From contig CM120640.1 of NCBI GenBank assembly GCA_051362555.1, positions 24,042,225 to 24,106,224 of the forward strand: a DNA stretch of 64,000 nt, given 5' to 3'. This document shows positions 23,778 through 35,730 of the stretch, in pieces. The notes below the pieces were generated by a model. It was not told the DNA's origin. It ran no database searches and was given only the letters and a program-made list of their open reading frames with translations. Source of the stretch: Lingula anatina. Lineage: Eukaryota; Animalia; Brachiopoda. The position numbers were made by a program, and so were the translations under genes. The stretch's first letter is position 1. Each line of letters begins with the position of its first letter.

Positions 23778-24021
23778 TCTGTGAAATAAAGAAAAGGGTA
23801 TTCTAACAGAATCCTTTATATCTCTTTACAAGGGCACTTTAAGACATCAAATTTACACATTTGTCAGATTATTGGCTTCAGACTTCAGCTGGTGATAACT
23901 TCTTTTCTTGGAGCATACATCCCACTTCTTCAGCTTGTTATGTAGTCAAGAGAAAAAGATAAGGGTTAGCCAATATATATACTATTTGTTAGTGGGTTAA
24001 CATCTCACAAAAGAAATGCTA

Positions 24022-24203
24022 CAGGCCCATAGCCGGGGGGGGGGGGGGGGGGGGGGGGGTTCCGGGGGTTCAAATGAACCACCCTTTTTGCTGGGAAAAG
24101 GTCCATTCTGGGTAAAATTTGATCTACGTACATGAAGATTTTATGGTAAAATGTCCACTTTTTCATAAAAAGAACCCTCCTCTGAAATTGCTGGCTACAT
24201 CCT
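24022..24203. mobile_element. Short MITE-like element with poly-G tract
   Basis: Imperfect terminal inverted repeats CAGGCCCATAGCCGG / CTGGCTACATCCT, inner GGGGGTTC / GAACCCTCC, and a G run of about 26 nt. Confidence 0.55.
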
Positions 24204-24505
24204 AACAGGCCAAAGATCCCAGAAAATACATAACAAGAAAAAAAGCCAAATCCTGTAACTAAGAGAAATCTAGCAACAACTGGACAAACAGTGAATTTAT
24301 CATACAAACAATGTCAGTGTGAACATACTGGATACCAAGTCTTGATACTATCTTTCATAGTAAGGCTTGATATATATCCACCTAAACTAGGCAATAAAGT
24401 AAATCCCAAAGGCATCAAGTACTTAGACAACTCCATCTGAAAAACAACAATGACAAATACGGTAGTCAGAAATTCTAATTAGTAAAAAAAAAAGAAGCAT
24501 ACCAG

Positions 24506-24741
24506 GGCCCAGTTTCATCAACACTGGATAGCAATGTCCATTGGATGAAATTGTTATCCTCTGGTCAGTTATCTTGTGAGTAAAAAAATGTTTTCTTATA
24601 CCTAGATACCTATCATTATTTCAGATTTTTCTATCCAGTGGTTAAAAAATGGCTGATACCATCAGGATAATGATTTCATCCAATGGATAGTGTTATCCAA
24701 AGTACTAGTATAGCGCTATCCGGTGTTGATGAAACTGGGTC
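24506..24741. mobile_element. MITE, PIF/Harbinger-like
   Basis: TIRs GGCCCAGTTTCATCAACACTGGATAGC / GCTATCCGGTGTTGATGAAACTGGGTC, nested inner inverted repeats (CCATTGGATGAAAT / ATTTCATCCAATGG) and a 3-bp CAG target-site duplication. Confidence 0.85.
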
Positions 24742-25169
24742 CAGAAGTTTAACTCAATCTTTTTTCTCGTCTTCCTTGCAGTTAACATACCTAATGATGA
24801 CATGTCAATTACAAATGTCATAATTCAATACCAACTCATGCTGTTCTTATTTACAGAAGAGATTGTCTCAACTTTACATCAAAATGTCCTTACGACTATT
24901 TGAACTCAACCACATGTATGTTAAATTTGTTGATCACTGCAGCATTGCTTATATAAAATACAAACATCCATATCTATATAAAATACAAACATCCCATTAT
25001 CTAGCATCAATATTGTTCAATTCATTTTGTTGATAATGTATTTACATCTCTCCACCTCAGGGGTCAAATGCTAGCATCTGGTTCAACCAAATGACAAAAC
25101 GGGGGCAGCCCTATATTCCAAGGATCCACGTACTATTCTGAATTCTAAGGAGCCTTGATCTGTTATTAA

Positions 25170-25405
25170 CTGCTATTTCAAAGGTCTATTATGCCAATGG
25201 TCCGTTGCTCCGAAAGACTGCTACTCCGAAAAAAGTTTACTGCAATACCTGCGCTTGTACGAATTGTATTAGTTGTGCAATTTGGACACTGACCTTCGTG
25301 TCAAAGACATGCACATAATTTGCAATAATTCGGAATAGCGGTCCCTTTGAACAGCAGTCCCTCAGAATACCAGTCCCTCAGACTAGCAGACCCTCAGAAT
25401 ATAGC
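25170..25405. mobile_element. Degenerate element with two inverted arrays of ~20-bp subterminal repeats
   Basis: Left units resemble CTGCTA(T/C)TCCGAA. Right units resemble TTCGGAATAGCGGTCCC and CTCAGAATACCAGTCCC in the opposite orientation. Confidence 0.5.
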
Positions 25406-25779
25406 ACACCCAACAAAACTTCCCAAGGAGTGCAGCACTTGACTTGAGTACCCAAGTAACTTCAGATTACATGAAGAACTTAAAATCCATAAATCTTACA
25501 TGAAAATGAAATTCAAATATTGCTTGTTTTATACAATGGTGGACCTGCAAAAGAAATGAAATCTCTGTTTATTTCTATGCATTCCCACAGGCAACTTTAA
25601 CCTAAATTTTAGGAAAAAATCACAGGCTAAGGCAGGCTGAATCACTCAGTGAATGTCAAGAAAAGGACGTTGTTGCGTAATTTGGAAAAATATTTTCAGT
25701 GGAATAAAACCATTTACTGACAACACATACACTTGACACAGCACTACAGACCATTCTTTCGAGGAATAAATGCACTCAC

Positions 25780-26153
25780 TTTTTTACTTATCCGTTGATG
25801 GATGAAAGCCTATTCGCTGGACAACGTGCACCACTTCCAAAGGTCGAATTTATTGAGTAATGCTCAGAGTATATTACGGAAGCCTCGTTTTCGATTGAAA
25901 AATTCTGGTTTGCAAAAACTGCAAACGAGGATGTGTTATGGAGATTAGCCTAGTACTTTTCTTGACCTTGCCCTAATTATAAGGATTTGCGTAAAAATGT
26001 CCTCTGCAAGTTTTTTTTAATCATTTATAATAGTTTTTATATAAATCATATATTTTCATATTTAATATGATGTATATATGATGCTATATATATTTTTTTC
26101 CGTTCATTATTAGCCGGTAATGCTGGCGGAAGATCTCCGCAGTTGGAAGGAGA
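25780..26153. promoter_or_regulatory. Probable bidirectional promoter for TSPO and parvin, including a non-coding first exon of TSPO
   Basis: Minus-strand donor AAA|GTGAGT at 25779. Both TSPO ATG exons have splice acceptors 1-2 nt before the ATG, so an upstream exon is required. CpGs are locally retained and the parvin ATG is at 26154. Confidence 0.6.
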
Positions 26154-29100
26154 ATGGCATCGCCAGGCCCCAGTGGGACGTTGAAGAAGCAAAAAGAAGA
26201 TAGCTTTCTTGGAGAATTTATCGGAACAATCACGAGGAAGAAGAAACAGAAAGAAGGTCAGTGCATTTTCTCGCTTAAAAAAAAAAAACAAATCTAGTCC
26301 AGAACTATGCCACCTTGACATGAAAAACCAAGTGTTTACTTTTGGGAGTGGTTCGGCTTTATTCCCAAATTTGGCGTTCCTGTTGTTTTCAGTGTTAGTT
26401 TCAGTTTCCATATAAATTCCAGACCATAAATTTAAATGATATAACACTGTCTTTGCAACGCTGTGCTTAATTACGTTACTGATTGATACATAGCGTTTGT
26501 GATGCGCACAGTGCCGAATACAAAATATCAAGAAGAATATAGCTTAATCATGTGAAATAATTTATTTGTATCATATTACTTTGTACTAAGTTTCAGCACC
26601 CGTAGTAGTCACCTTCGTTTGATTAATATAAAAACTACAGCAAAATTATTGGAGCAACTTATTCATTATCTACAATTTCCTAATCCTATGCTTCTTTTGG
26701 TAGTGGTTGACTTGCAAGAAGAAGGGAAAAATGCCATTGAATCACCCAGCAGTCCAACAAGCCCAGATATGGGTCCAGAGGCATTCATGCTTGGTAAGGA
26801 ACCTAGAATTAATTTGGTAGAGAACTGAAGTTAAAATAAAACAAGAAGTGCATCTGATATTTTCCTTAAATCAAATATATGCACATATAAACCATCCCAT
26901 CAGTAATATGCATCATTTGGAATATGCATTCAGTGGACTAAGGGATATTTCTCTTTAAATTCATGTGCAGTATAGCGCATTTTTGGGAGAGTGTAAAATT
27001 CACCTGCCAGACCATTGATCGAACCCGGGACCTCTTGCTAATAGGGCGAGTGCTCTACTGCCTGAGCTTTCCTGTTACCCTGCATCTGGCACTTCAGCAG
27101 TATAAATGAATAAGCATTCTTTGTGTGTTAATGTGCCTTTAAATATTGATGCATGCTTGTGGTCATGTTTATTTTAGTTTTAAAAACTTTATTGCCATTA
27201 CAGAGGAGAACGAGGAAAGATCCATGATAGAGCCTGGTTCTAGAGAAGATGCTAAAGTAAAGGAGCTTATTATGGTAAGGACATGAAGGCAGTATTCAGT
27301 ATTATAGTAAAGAAATGTTGAATTACTATATCTTGAATATTAAACTAGAGCAAAATAATAACTGAAAAATATAGTTTAAGCTCATCAGATGTTGTTACTT
27401 AATGCATACACAATTATTGAAAATTTATACAAGCATAACATTTGATAACGAAAAAATTTGGGAAAAAAGTTTTGTTTTAATACACAGATATAGTATTAGT
27501 CATAGGCTTATTGATATATTGCTTAGTTTTCATTTCTCTTGTGACATGTCTAAAACTTTTTGTTTCTGTGCTAGAGTTAGATTGAGCAAATTGAAAAATG
27601 TAATTGGAATGCAGTAATCCACTAGTTTACTTTGATTTCATTTTCTCTGTTAAAAATCCTGCTTCTTTTCAGATGTTGCTGGACTGGATCAATGATGAAC
27701 TTGCAGAGCAGAGAATTATTGTGAAGGACATAGAAGAAGACATTTTTGATGGACAAATTCTTCAGAAGTTAATTGGTAAGTACATCATGTTGCAGACAAA
27801 GATAGAGCTTTTTTGGAACTGTGATAACATATCTGTCACCAGTTGTGGTTATAACTGTGATAAATGAGACTTGAAGTTAGGCACTTATCCATTCATTGTT
27901 ATTCAAAACCAGAAAGAAAGTTGAGCTTCGTGTCACTAGTATTTACAAAACACAGATCTCTGTAAATTTTTGCCTGAACAGATTTGATAACTGTATACTT
28001 TGAGCGTACCTAATTTGGTCTTTTGTTAATTCTATTATCTCTTTCTCGCTGATTTGCAGAAAAACTGGCAAGAGTGCGAGTTGAAGTTCCTGAAGTGACT
28101 CAGTCAGAAATAGGACAGAAACAGAAATTAAGGATTGTACTGGATACCATCAACAGAATTCTTAATCTGACACCTACATGGAACCAGCAAAAGTGGACTG
28201 TGGACAGTAAGTTGGAAAATGTTGCATCTTAGTTCTTGCATCTGTTCTCCTCTTCTAAACTGGTTTTAATTTAATTTGATGATGACTGACTTTAAGCAAA
28301 TTTCTTGTCTAAAATAGCCATCATGTCAATGCAGCTGCATAGTTTTAAATTGTATTAAAAACATATTTCTTATTTGGTTGGTCTCCTTTTCTTTTCAAAT
28401 ATTTAGTCACTTTTCACTTTTAAATTGATAATTTGTTTGAAAATAGTGTCTTATTTCACATGTAACAGTATGATTCATCAATGTTTTTCTTTGTTAATGC
28501 ATGTGTGTGCATACATACAGATATAAGTTAAGCAGAGCAAATTCTTCAAAGTCTTTTTTTCTTTCAGGTATTCATTCAAAAAACCTGGTAGCCATACTCC
28601 ACCTTCTAGTCACACTTGCAAGACACTTTAGGGCTCCCATCAGACTACCTGAAAATGTGGCAGTATCAGTGGTGGTTGTACAGGTGCTCCATTTTGGTTT
28701 AAAATTTTTTGTAGCAATCAAGGGGTTTTCAGCAACAATTGAGCTTGCAAATGAGATCTTTAAATGTAAATTGTTTGAAAAACCCTTACTCTTTCTTTTA
28801 ATTGCCATGATATTAATCTATAATATATGATTCACAAAGATTTAAATTATGTAGTGACCATTTTGCTTAATTTCATACTGGATATGTGGGATGCAGGGTA
28901 TTAACCAGCAACAAAAATATTGCTGCTTTGAAGCAGGTGTGATGGACACTTTCACTGATCACAAATTAAGTCAGCTTAGATCACATTGTAGAAAAAATGG
29001 TCCCATCATCAGTTATTTATTTTCCTGTGAATTCAGATAAAAAGTTTTGGTTTGGATTTAAGAAACATGCCACATACACTAAACAGTGATTACCACTCAT

Positions 29101-32100
29101 TTAACAATATTGTATTATCATCACTAATGTATTATATGTAGCAGTGAACAATGGCAGGTCATTTGTCCTTGAAATGAGATATTTACATATTTGGTAATGA
29201 TGTTGATTCTTTGTTGACCAGTGCTTTGTTAGAATATGAGATTTTTAATGAACCCCCAGTCACATGTACCACCATAGAGTTGTGCTCTTGTTCTTGTCGT
29301 GCCATTTTGTTAGGAGAAATCATGCTTAAATCGGATTTTTTTGTAATGTACTGCCATCACTCACTGAAGATCTCAGATGTTAGATCCTGGTTAACACCCT
29401 TCTGGACTGTGAATGGATGAATTAAAAACCCTTTGCTAACTGATGTCTCTCATTACAGAAACGGGATGGTTTGCTGCAGACAAGAAGAGTCATAGAAGAG
29501 ATAACAGGGACCAATGAGTATGTTCAGATTAGAAATATTTATAAAAAAGATTTTTAAAACATTTGAATTTTTGCTAATTTTACTTTTGAAATATTATGTT
29601 GTTGTTTAGCATATTAGATTCCTGTATCTGACCTTTTAAATTGATAGGAAACTAGACATCTCCAAAACTCTTATCTTCATCTTGATTTCATTCATGTTTA
29701 CTGAGCTAATTACAAACTATACTCTTCTTTACAAGAATCAAACATTTTGTTCTGCTATAAGTTCCAAATACGATTGTGTTCGTATTTTAGCTAGAAATTT
29801 TATTTGTTTGAAAAAACCAACAGAATGTTCGAGGAAATTATTTTTATGTATCAGCTAATCTGCCATCTAACATAGAAAATGGAGAAGCACTTCAGTGGGT
29901 CTAAAAATGCAGATATATAATTATACCCCACTGTCATTGACATCTTCAAAAACCTGTGTTTGGATAGGTAGCAATTATAATACATTTTATTAAATTTTTC
30001 CTCATTAAAATGATGGGGAACTTGTCATATATTGTCTTCAAAAATATTGAGCTTATATTTTGTGTTTTATTGGCTTTGAAGGCAGATGGGTTTGATAAAG
30101 CACAAGTGCTTGTTATTGGACAAAATGGTAGAAGTTAAAAAAATTACAAAAGCCTATATTGGACTCTGCTGACTAGGTGGTAAAGAGAGGGAATGTGAAA
30201 CAATATATTAATTGTTTTTATTAATCTGCAAGTTTTTTGTGCTACCAAAATTTGATGATTTGTGAAATGTATCTAATCGTTGTTTTGAAAATATTCTTTA
30301 TATAATTTGGTAACTTTTCTTTTTTTCAGTGACATAGGAGCAAGATTTGGTAAGGACCTTGTTACATTCTTTCAATAAAAAGTAAAGATAAGCAATTATT
30401 ATTTTATTTAATTGCCTTGGCATTAATAATAAGCATATATAAAAAACATTTGTTTTTTTGTTTAACCATAACATTAGGGTATTTATTATCTGTACTTTTG
30501 CTTATTTCAGAGCGAGATGCCTTTGATACTTTATTTGATCATGCACCAGACAAGTTGAATGTGGTCAAGAGGGTAGGTGAAACAAAATAAGTAACTGCAG
30601 TTTTCCTAAGATATAGGTATATCCAATCAAAATCTTTAAAGAAAATGTAGGTGCCTTACGTCTTCATTTCTAGGCTATTGTTTTGTCATTGTGGGATGTA
30701 TCCTGAATGTGCGTAGTATTGTTATTTATACTTATTTTAACAAGTGTAGGTTAAGATTTTGAAAGTTTTTTAATACTTTAGAATATGGTGGACAAATAGG
30801 GTGACAGCGTTGAATATGTTGCTTTTTGTTCTTGCAGTCCCTGATTGGCTTTGTTAACAAGTGGCTGAACAAAGTCAACTTGGAAGTAACTGATCTAGAC
30901 AACCAGGTTAGCTCTTCTTCATTGAATAAAAATATTGCTGATACTGAACATTCTCTTTATTTCTTGTGGTTTAGAGTGGCTTTCCAGTACTGTATCATGG
31001 CGATATGGCTTTTTTTTCTTAATTCAATGAAGCTTGAAGTATTTAACCTATTGGGGTTAGTTTGTTTACAATATCAGAGAGTATGTAATTCATTTAATTC
31101 AGCATAAAAGCCCTTTTGTAAGATTTACCACACCCAATAAATATATAACTTGTGTGGGTTTACATAATATGTCAAGTCTTCTGTTACAAGATATATGTTA
31201 TGGTGGAAACATATCTTATTATTTTCACATTGTGATATTTTTTAGTTTCATGATGGTGTGTATCTGGTGCTGCTTATGGGACTTTTGGAAGGCTACTTTG
31301 TCCCACTTCACTGCTTCCATCTGACTCCAACAAGCTTTGAACAAAAGGTATAATATGAATTTTGATCAGTAGTATTCATTATTATTGTTAAAATAAAATG
31401 TTTATTCTATGAAAACATGGGTTAAAGGAAGAAGTTATAGCAAACTGATAACCTGCTTTCTTAGATGAATGATGTTAAGATAGTTCACAATAGTTGGAAT
31501 TCAATAGATCCAGCCTTTGTATTATTACTAAAAAAGGAAAAGCAATCTATATAATCAGAGATTACTTTTCCTAGAGCCCTTCATGTCAGTTAATTTGAAC
31601 TTGATGCATTTCTTTAGTTTTTCCCTTATGTGGCACACGGAACACTGTAAAGCATCACCTCTGTATTTTGAAAATTACCATCTTGAAACAAATGATTGTT
31701 TTGGGTATCAAATGTTTATGAAAGTTTTTACTCAATTCTTGTGGAGGTTCACCTCAATATAAGTGATATCAATGATATTTTTTCGTCAAAACAGTTGTGT
31801 TTCAATTATGTTTCCCATAACTAGAACACAAAACTGGTAATAAATAATATCAGATGACAAATAATGCGGTTTAAGCTAAAATTTCAATTGGTGAACTTGT
31901 ATTGGAAAAAAATTATATTATATTTTTGCATTTAGACTAAAATGTTACAATTCGGCTAAAAATATTTTCTATATGCAGGTTCATAATGTTTCCTTTGCAT
32001 TTGAACTAATGGTTGATGCAGGACTACCACAGCCAAAAGCCAGACCAGAAGGTGAGGTTCATTTGTTCAGATGCTAATAACAACGGTATCAAAAAAGTTT

Positions 32101-32258
32101 TCAAATGTCTGAATTTTAATCCATAATTCTCAAAGTTTCCTGTTGTTTTGTTAAAATTGACGTTGATTTGGTTAATTTCAGATGTTGTTAACCTTGATTT
32201 GAAATCGACATTACGGGTATTATACAACCTCTTTACCAAATACAAGGCATTACCTTAG
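26154..32258 (+). CDS. PARVB: Parvin (alpha/beta-parvin-like, two calponin-homology domains), 363 aa, 13 exons
   Basis: Exons 26154-26256, 26704-26793, 27204-27274, 27673-27775, 28060-28206, 28568-28683, 29459-29517, 30330-30349, 30511-30572, 30838-30906, 31246-31347, 31979-32051 and 32182-32258, totalling 1092 nt in frame. Motifs: DSFLG, DLQEEGKNAI, LLDWINDELAEQRIIVKD, ERDAFDTLFDHAPDKL, FHDGVYLVLLMGLLEGYFVPL, DLKSTLRVLYNLFTKYK. The A-versus-B paralogue label is nominal for an invertebrate gene. Confidence 0.97.
27003..27068 (-). mobile_element. tRNA-derived SINE head (degenerate) in parvin intron 2
   Basis: Minus strand AGCTCAGGCAGTAGAGCAC...CCCGGGTTCGATC carries Pol III A-box-like and B-box motifs. 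The acceptor and T stems do not pair as in an intact tRNA. Confidence 0.7.
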
Positions 32259-33959
32259 AAGGTCCTGAACTTCAGACAGCTTTAAGTACAGAATCTCTGA
32301 AAAATTTACAAAGGATGCTGCCAGCTTTTTTAAGAGGTATCAGTTAAGGAAGACGAGGAAAAAAAACATTCAATATTTTGCCTTCCCTGCGTACTGTCAT
32401 CATATTCATCACTGCTGTGAGAGTATGTACTAGCTTCTCAGACTTTTTAGTTGCATGCTTCTCAAATAGTGCGCCAAAAAATCACATCAAGAATATGGCC
32501 ATTCATCATGAATATGACACTTTGTTCATTTTCATTAAGTAGATTGCATAAAAAATATATAAAACAATGTTTTCATTTCAACCCACTCATTAATTCATAC
32601 ATGAGCAAATAAATTTCAGGATATGAAAACAAATGCTGCTCCTATTTTCATCAGGGTGACAAGAAGGTTGATCAAGTTTTCTGAAATTGTTATTATAACA
32701 ATGTATAATCAAAATATGTCTTTGTTAAAGACTCATTGATTTTGGATTAAACTAATGTTCCTACAAGGTAAATATACTTGTATGCAGTACATTTTGAAAT
32801 GAACAATAATGTAACAATGTACAGGTGCTGTCAATACTCCATAATTTAAAAATGTAAATTATGCATGCATACATAGGTACAGATCTGTTAGAGAAGTGTA
32901 ATTCTCATTATCTAGTATGTTAAAACATCTAAACCCATTTGTTAAATTAGGATAGTAATTTTAGACACCTAACATATATGTGCCAAGTGATATTTTATAG
33001 GGGACCTGCATCATATGACATGCAAATATTCCTCTTGTAGTCTGTATATTTTTGTAGATATAGGTATACACTATATGTATATTATGTAATCATTATGCAA
33101 CCTTAGAAATAAATCTGAAGGACTATTTGTTTTTGTTTTATATCTGATATCTCAAGGAACAAAAAATTAACCGAGCTAGTTTGTAAGTATGAAAGGTATG
33201 AGCAATAAATGGGTTGGTGTGTGTGAAGGATTATTGAAATCGAAGGATACAATTTCATTTCAGACTTAATATTTCTAACCATTTCAGCAAAAAAACCTTT
33301 GGTGTTCCCTTTCAACAATTAACATGTAATGCTGTAGCCACACATGTAACTAATTTTTTCAACTACAAGTTATTTAATTCTTTTTCTTCCACGTGCCCAT
33401 CCACGTCAAGTAGAGATGCAACTATCAAAGACTTTTTTTCTCTTTCTTTCATTCATTGCATATTTCGCCCTCTCTATATGCTGGTGTCCTCGTCACAAAA
33501 AGTTAGGGCAGACACCTGTCAGAATACATTAAACTAGCATTAAACTGTAATCTTAACAAAAAAGTTGTATCACAGCGACAGTTTCTCATCATACTGCTGT
33601 CATAAGCAATGGCCATTTTATATCCATGCTAAACAACTTGAAGCGGTCCATGAAACCGTTTTCCGTGCACCTGTCAATCCTTCCCAAATTAAATTTGGAA
33701 AGGTGATGTCATCCGGATGTCTGCAACAAAGCAGAAGGGATATGTGTGCGAAAGGAATAAGAATACATGTACCCCCTTCATAGACACCGTCTGATTTTGG
33801 ACAAAAAGTAGAATAAGAGATTTTAAAACAGGGAAACAGATAAAACTTTCGAATTAACACAGTTTTAAATAATCACAAAGTGAATTTTCTCAACCAAGCA
33901 GAGATAACTGCAGCTATGAATGACAATAAACATCAAATTCTCCCAACTTATCGAAGTAC

Positions 33960-34110
33960 CACCCCTGCGCAGGATTTATGCGCAGTGCGCGTGTACGTAG
34001 TCTAGATTCTTTGTGTCATTCCTTGCATACCATTACTGAAGAACTTGCAGCCCTGAAAACTCTCAATCCGATCAGAAAGTCGTCCCAGAAGTGCCTCGGC
34101 CTTTTGCTTG
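33960..34110 (+). promoter_or_regulatory. Probable TEAD promoter and non-coding first exon
   Basis: CpG-retaining patch with TGCGCA motifs and a strong donor TTG|GTGAGT at 34111. The TEAD ATG exon has an acceptor at 39223, so an upstream exon is needed. Confidence 0.6.
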
Positions 34111-35477
34111 GTGAGTATATTTTTCTGTGATATGCGGGTTTTTGTCAGTTTTGGGGGAAAAGTTGAGAAAAGTAGCCCGGAATGACAGAAATGTTGGGGC
34201 GATTTTCGAATCCCACACATACCTGGCATAGTTCTAGACCAGGTTTACTTCCGGACGAATATTTGTGTGTAGCGTCCTCGTGTCTTTTGTTTTGGTCATG
34301 GTTTGTTATGGATATATGTGGAGACATTCATGAGAACGAAATGAAACGTGCGATTTTTCCTACAAGACACCTTGGACTAGGTTGAAAAAGTCGAAGAGTT
34401 GAAGAAAGTTTTGGCGGGTGATCGAGCGCACAGGTTAAAACTTGTGTGGGTGACTGTGAGCTGCAAACATGGCAGTACGGCTAGTGATTAAGAACTTAGA
34501 TGTTGCAGTTGGAAAATGTTGTTACAGTAATGGGCAGTGTTCATCGTGGAATTGGAGTGGATTAAACAATTGTGCCGAGGATGACTATGTTTAACTCCAG
34601 TTTTGATTTGATAGGTGTAATTAAGAATGTAAGGATATTGCTGATGAACGTCATTTTGAATCGAACATAGGAATATGACCCGAAGTTATTGATTGCATAC
34701 ATGAGCATGATATATTATTGTATGAGCTGTTGCTGATAACCTGTTGCATTATGATTACTGAAGCAATTTTTCTGACTACCAATGCTTTAAATTAATGTCA
34801 AAATGGTAGCCTGGTGGAGTTTCTGAAAATTAAATATCCGTTGATTGATTACATGCAATGAATGAAACATCAGACATACATGTCTTTTATAAATATAATT
34901 CCACATTTGATACATTTGGGCCTAGTACTAAATCAGCCAAATTAGTGTAATCACTTACCATTGTCATGACTTAAATCATTGCAGTCTATAGCAAGGCTGA
35001 TATCCATGCATGTTTTATATTGTTTTATGTATTAGTAAATACACAGTTTGTAGCGATGATCAGAGACAGAAATGTAAAATTGTTGTTTTACCTAAGGTGT
35101 TAAGCCCAAGGCAGTATTTAATTATTTATGCTACTTGGCTATTTTAAAAAAGCCTTAATAAGAAATTAATAGCTAACTTCCAGGTAGTGACCTGATAAAA
35201 TATTGTCATTATCCCTTGTTCAAAATAAAACTTTTGACAGATCATGGGTTTTATCAAACCCTCTTGCCATTTGGACACTGGTATTTATCAGTGTCAGTGA
35301 ACTTGAACAGATTGGTGGAGTATGCAGCCATACAGAGCACAGTAACACTGTAGCCATACAGAACACAGTAACACTTGAATTCATCATCCATGAGGCACAA
35401 AAATTAAATCCTTGTTTACATAAATTGTCACTAATGCTTATTTAAGCCTCTCAGCATTTAAAAGAAACTTCAAAAGA

Positions 35478-35730
35478 TGCATTCAGAACCAGTTGATCGG
35501 CATACTAACCATTCCCCGGATCAAATATGGTGCCACCCACTTGAAAGCTTGTCGAGATTTACGCCCTTCCCCCTGCGGGAATCCATTGTCAAGTGCATAT
35601 CATATTTAAACCGCAGACTAGTTAGTCTGCAGATGAACTGGTTGTGAACCCAGCCAAGGGCTGTATTCAGAACAGATGATCTGCGGACTTGCTGGTCGGT
35701 GGATCATATTTGGCCAACCCCACTTGAAAC
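35478..35730. mobile_element. Degenerate MITE-like repeat(s)
   Basis: Imperfect inverted ends GCATTCAGAACCAGTTGATC / GATGAACTGGTTGTGAACCCAGCC, followed at once by a second partial copy GGCTGTATTCAGAACAGATGATC; both copies contain CCCACTTGAAA. Confidence 0.5.

Noticed and set aside
26046-26531. 161-aa minus-strand ORF
   Set aside because: Antisense to parvin exon 1 and intron 1, low-complexity composition, no recognisable domain.
27003-27068. Functional tRNA gene
   Set aside because: A and B boxes are present but the cloverleaf stems are broken; better explained as a SINE head.
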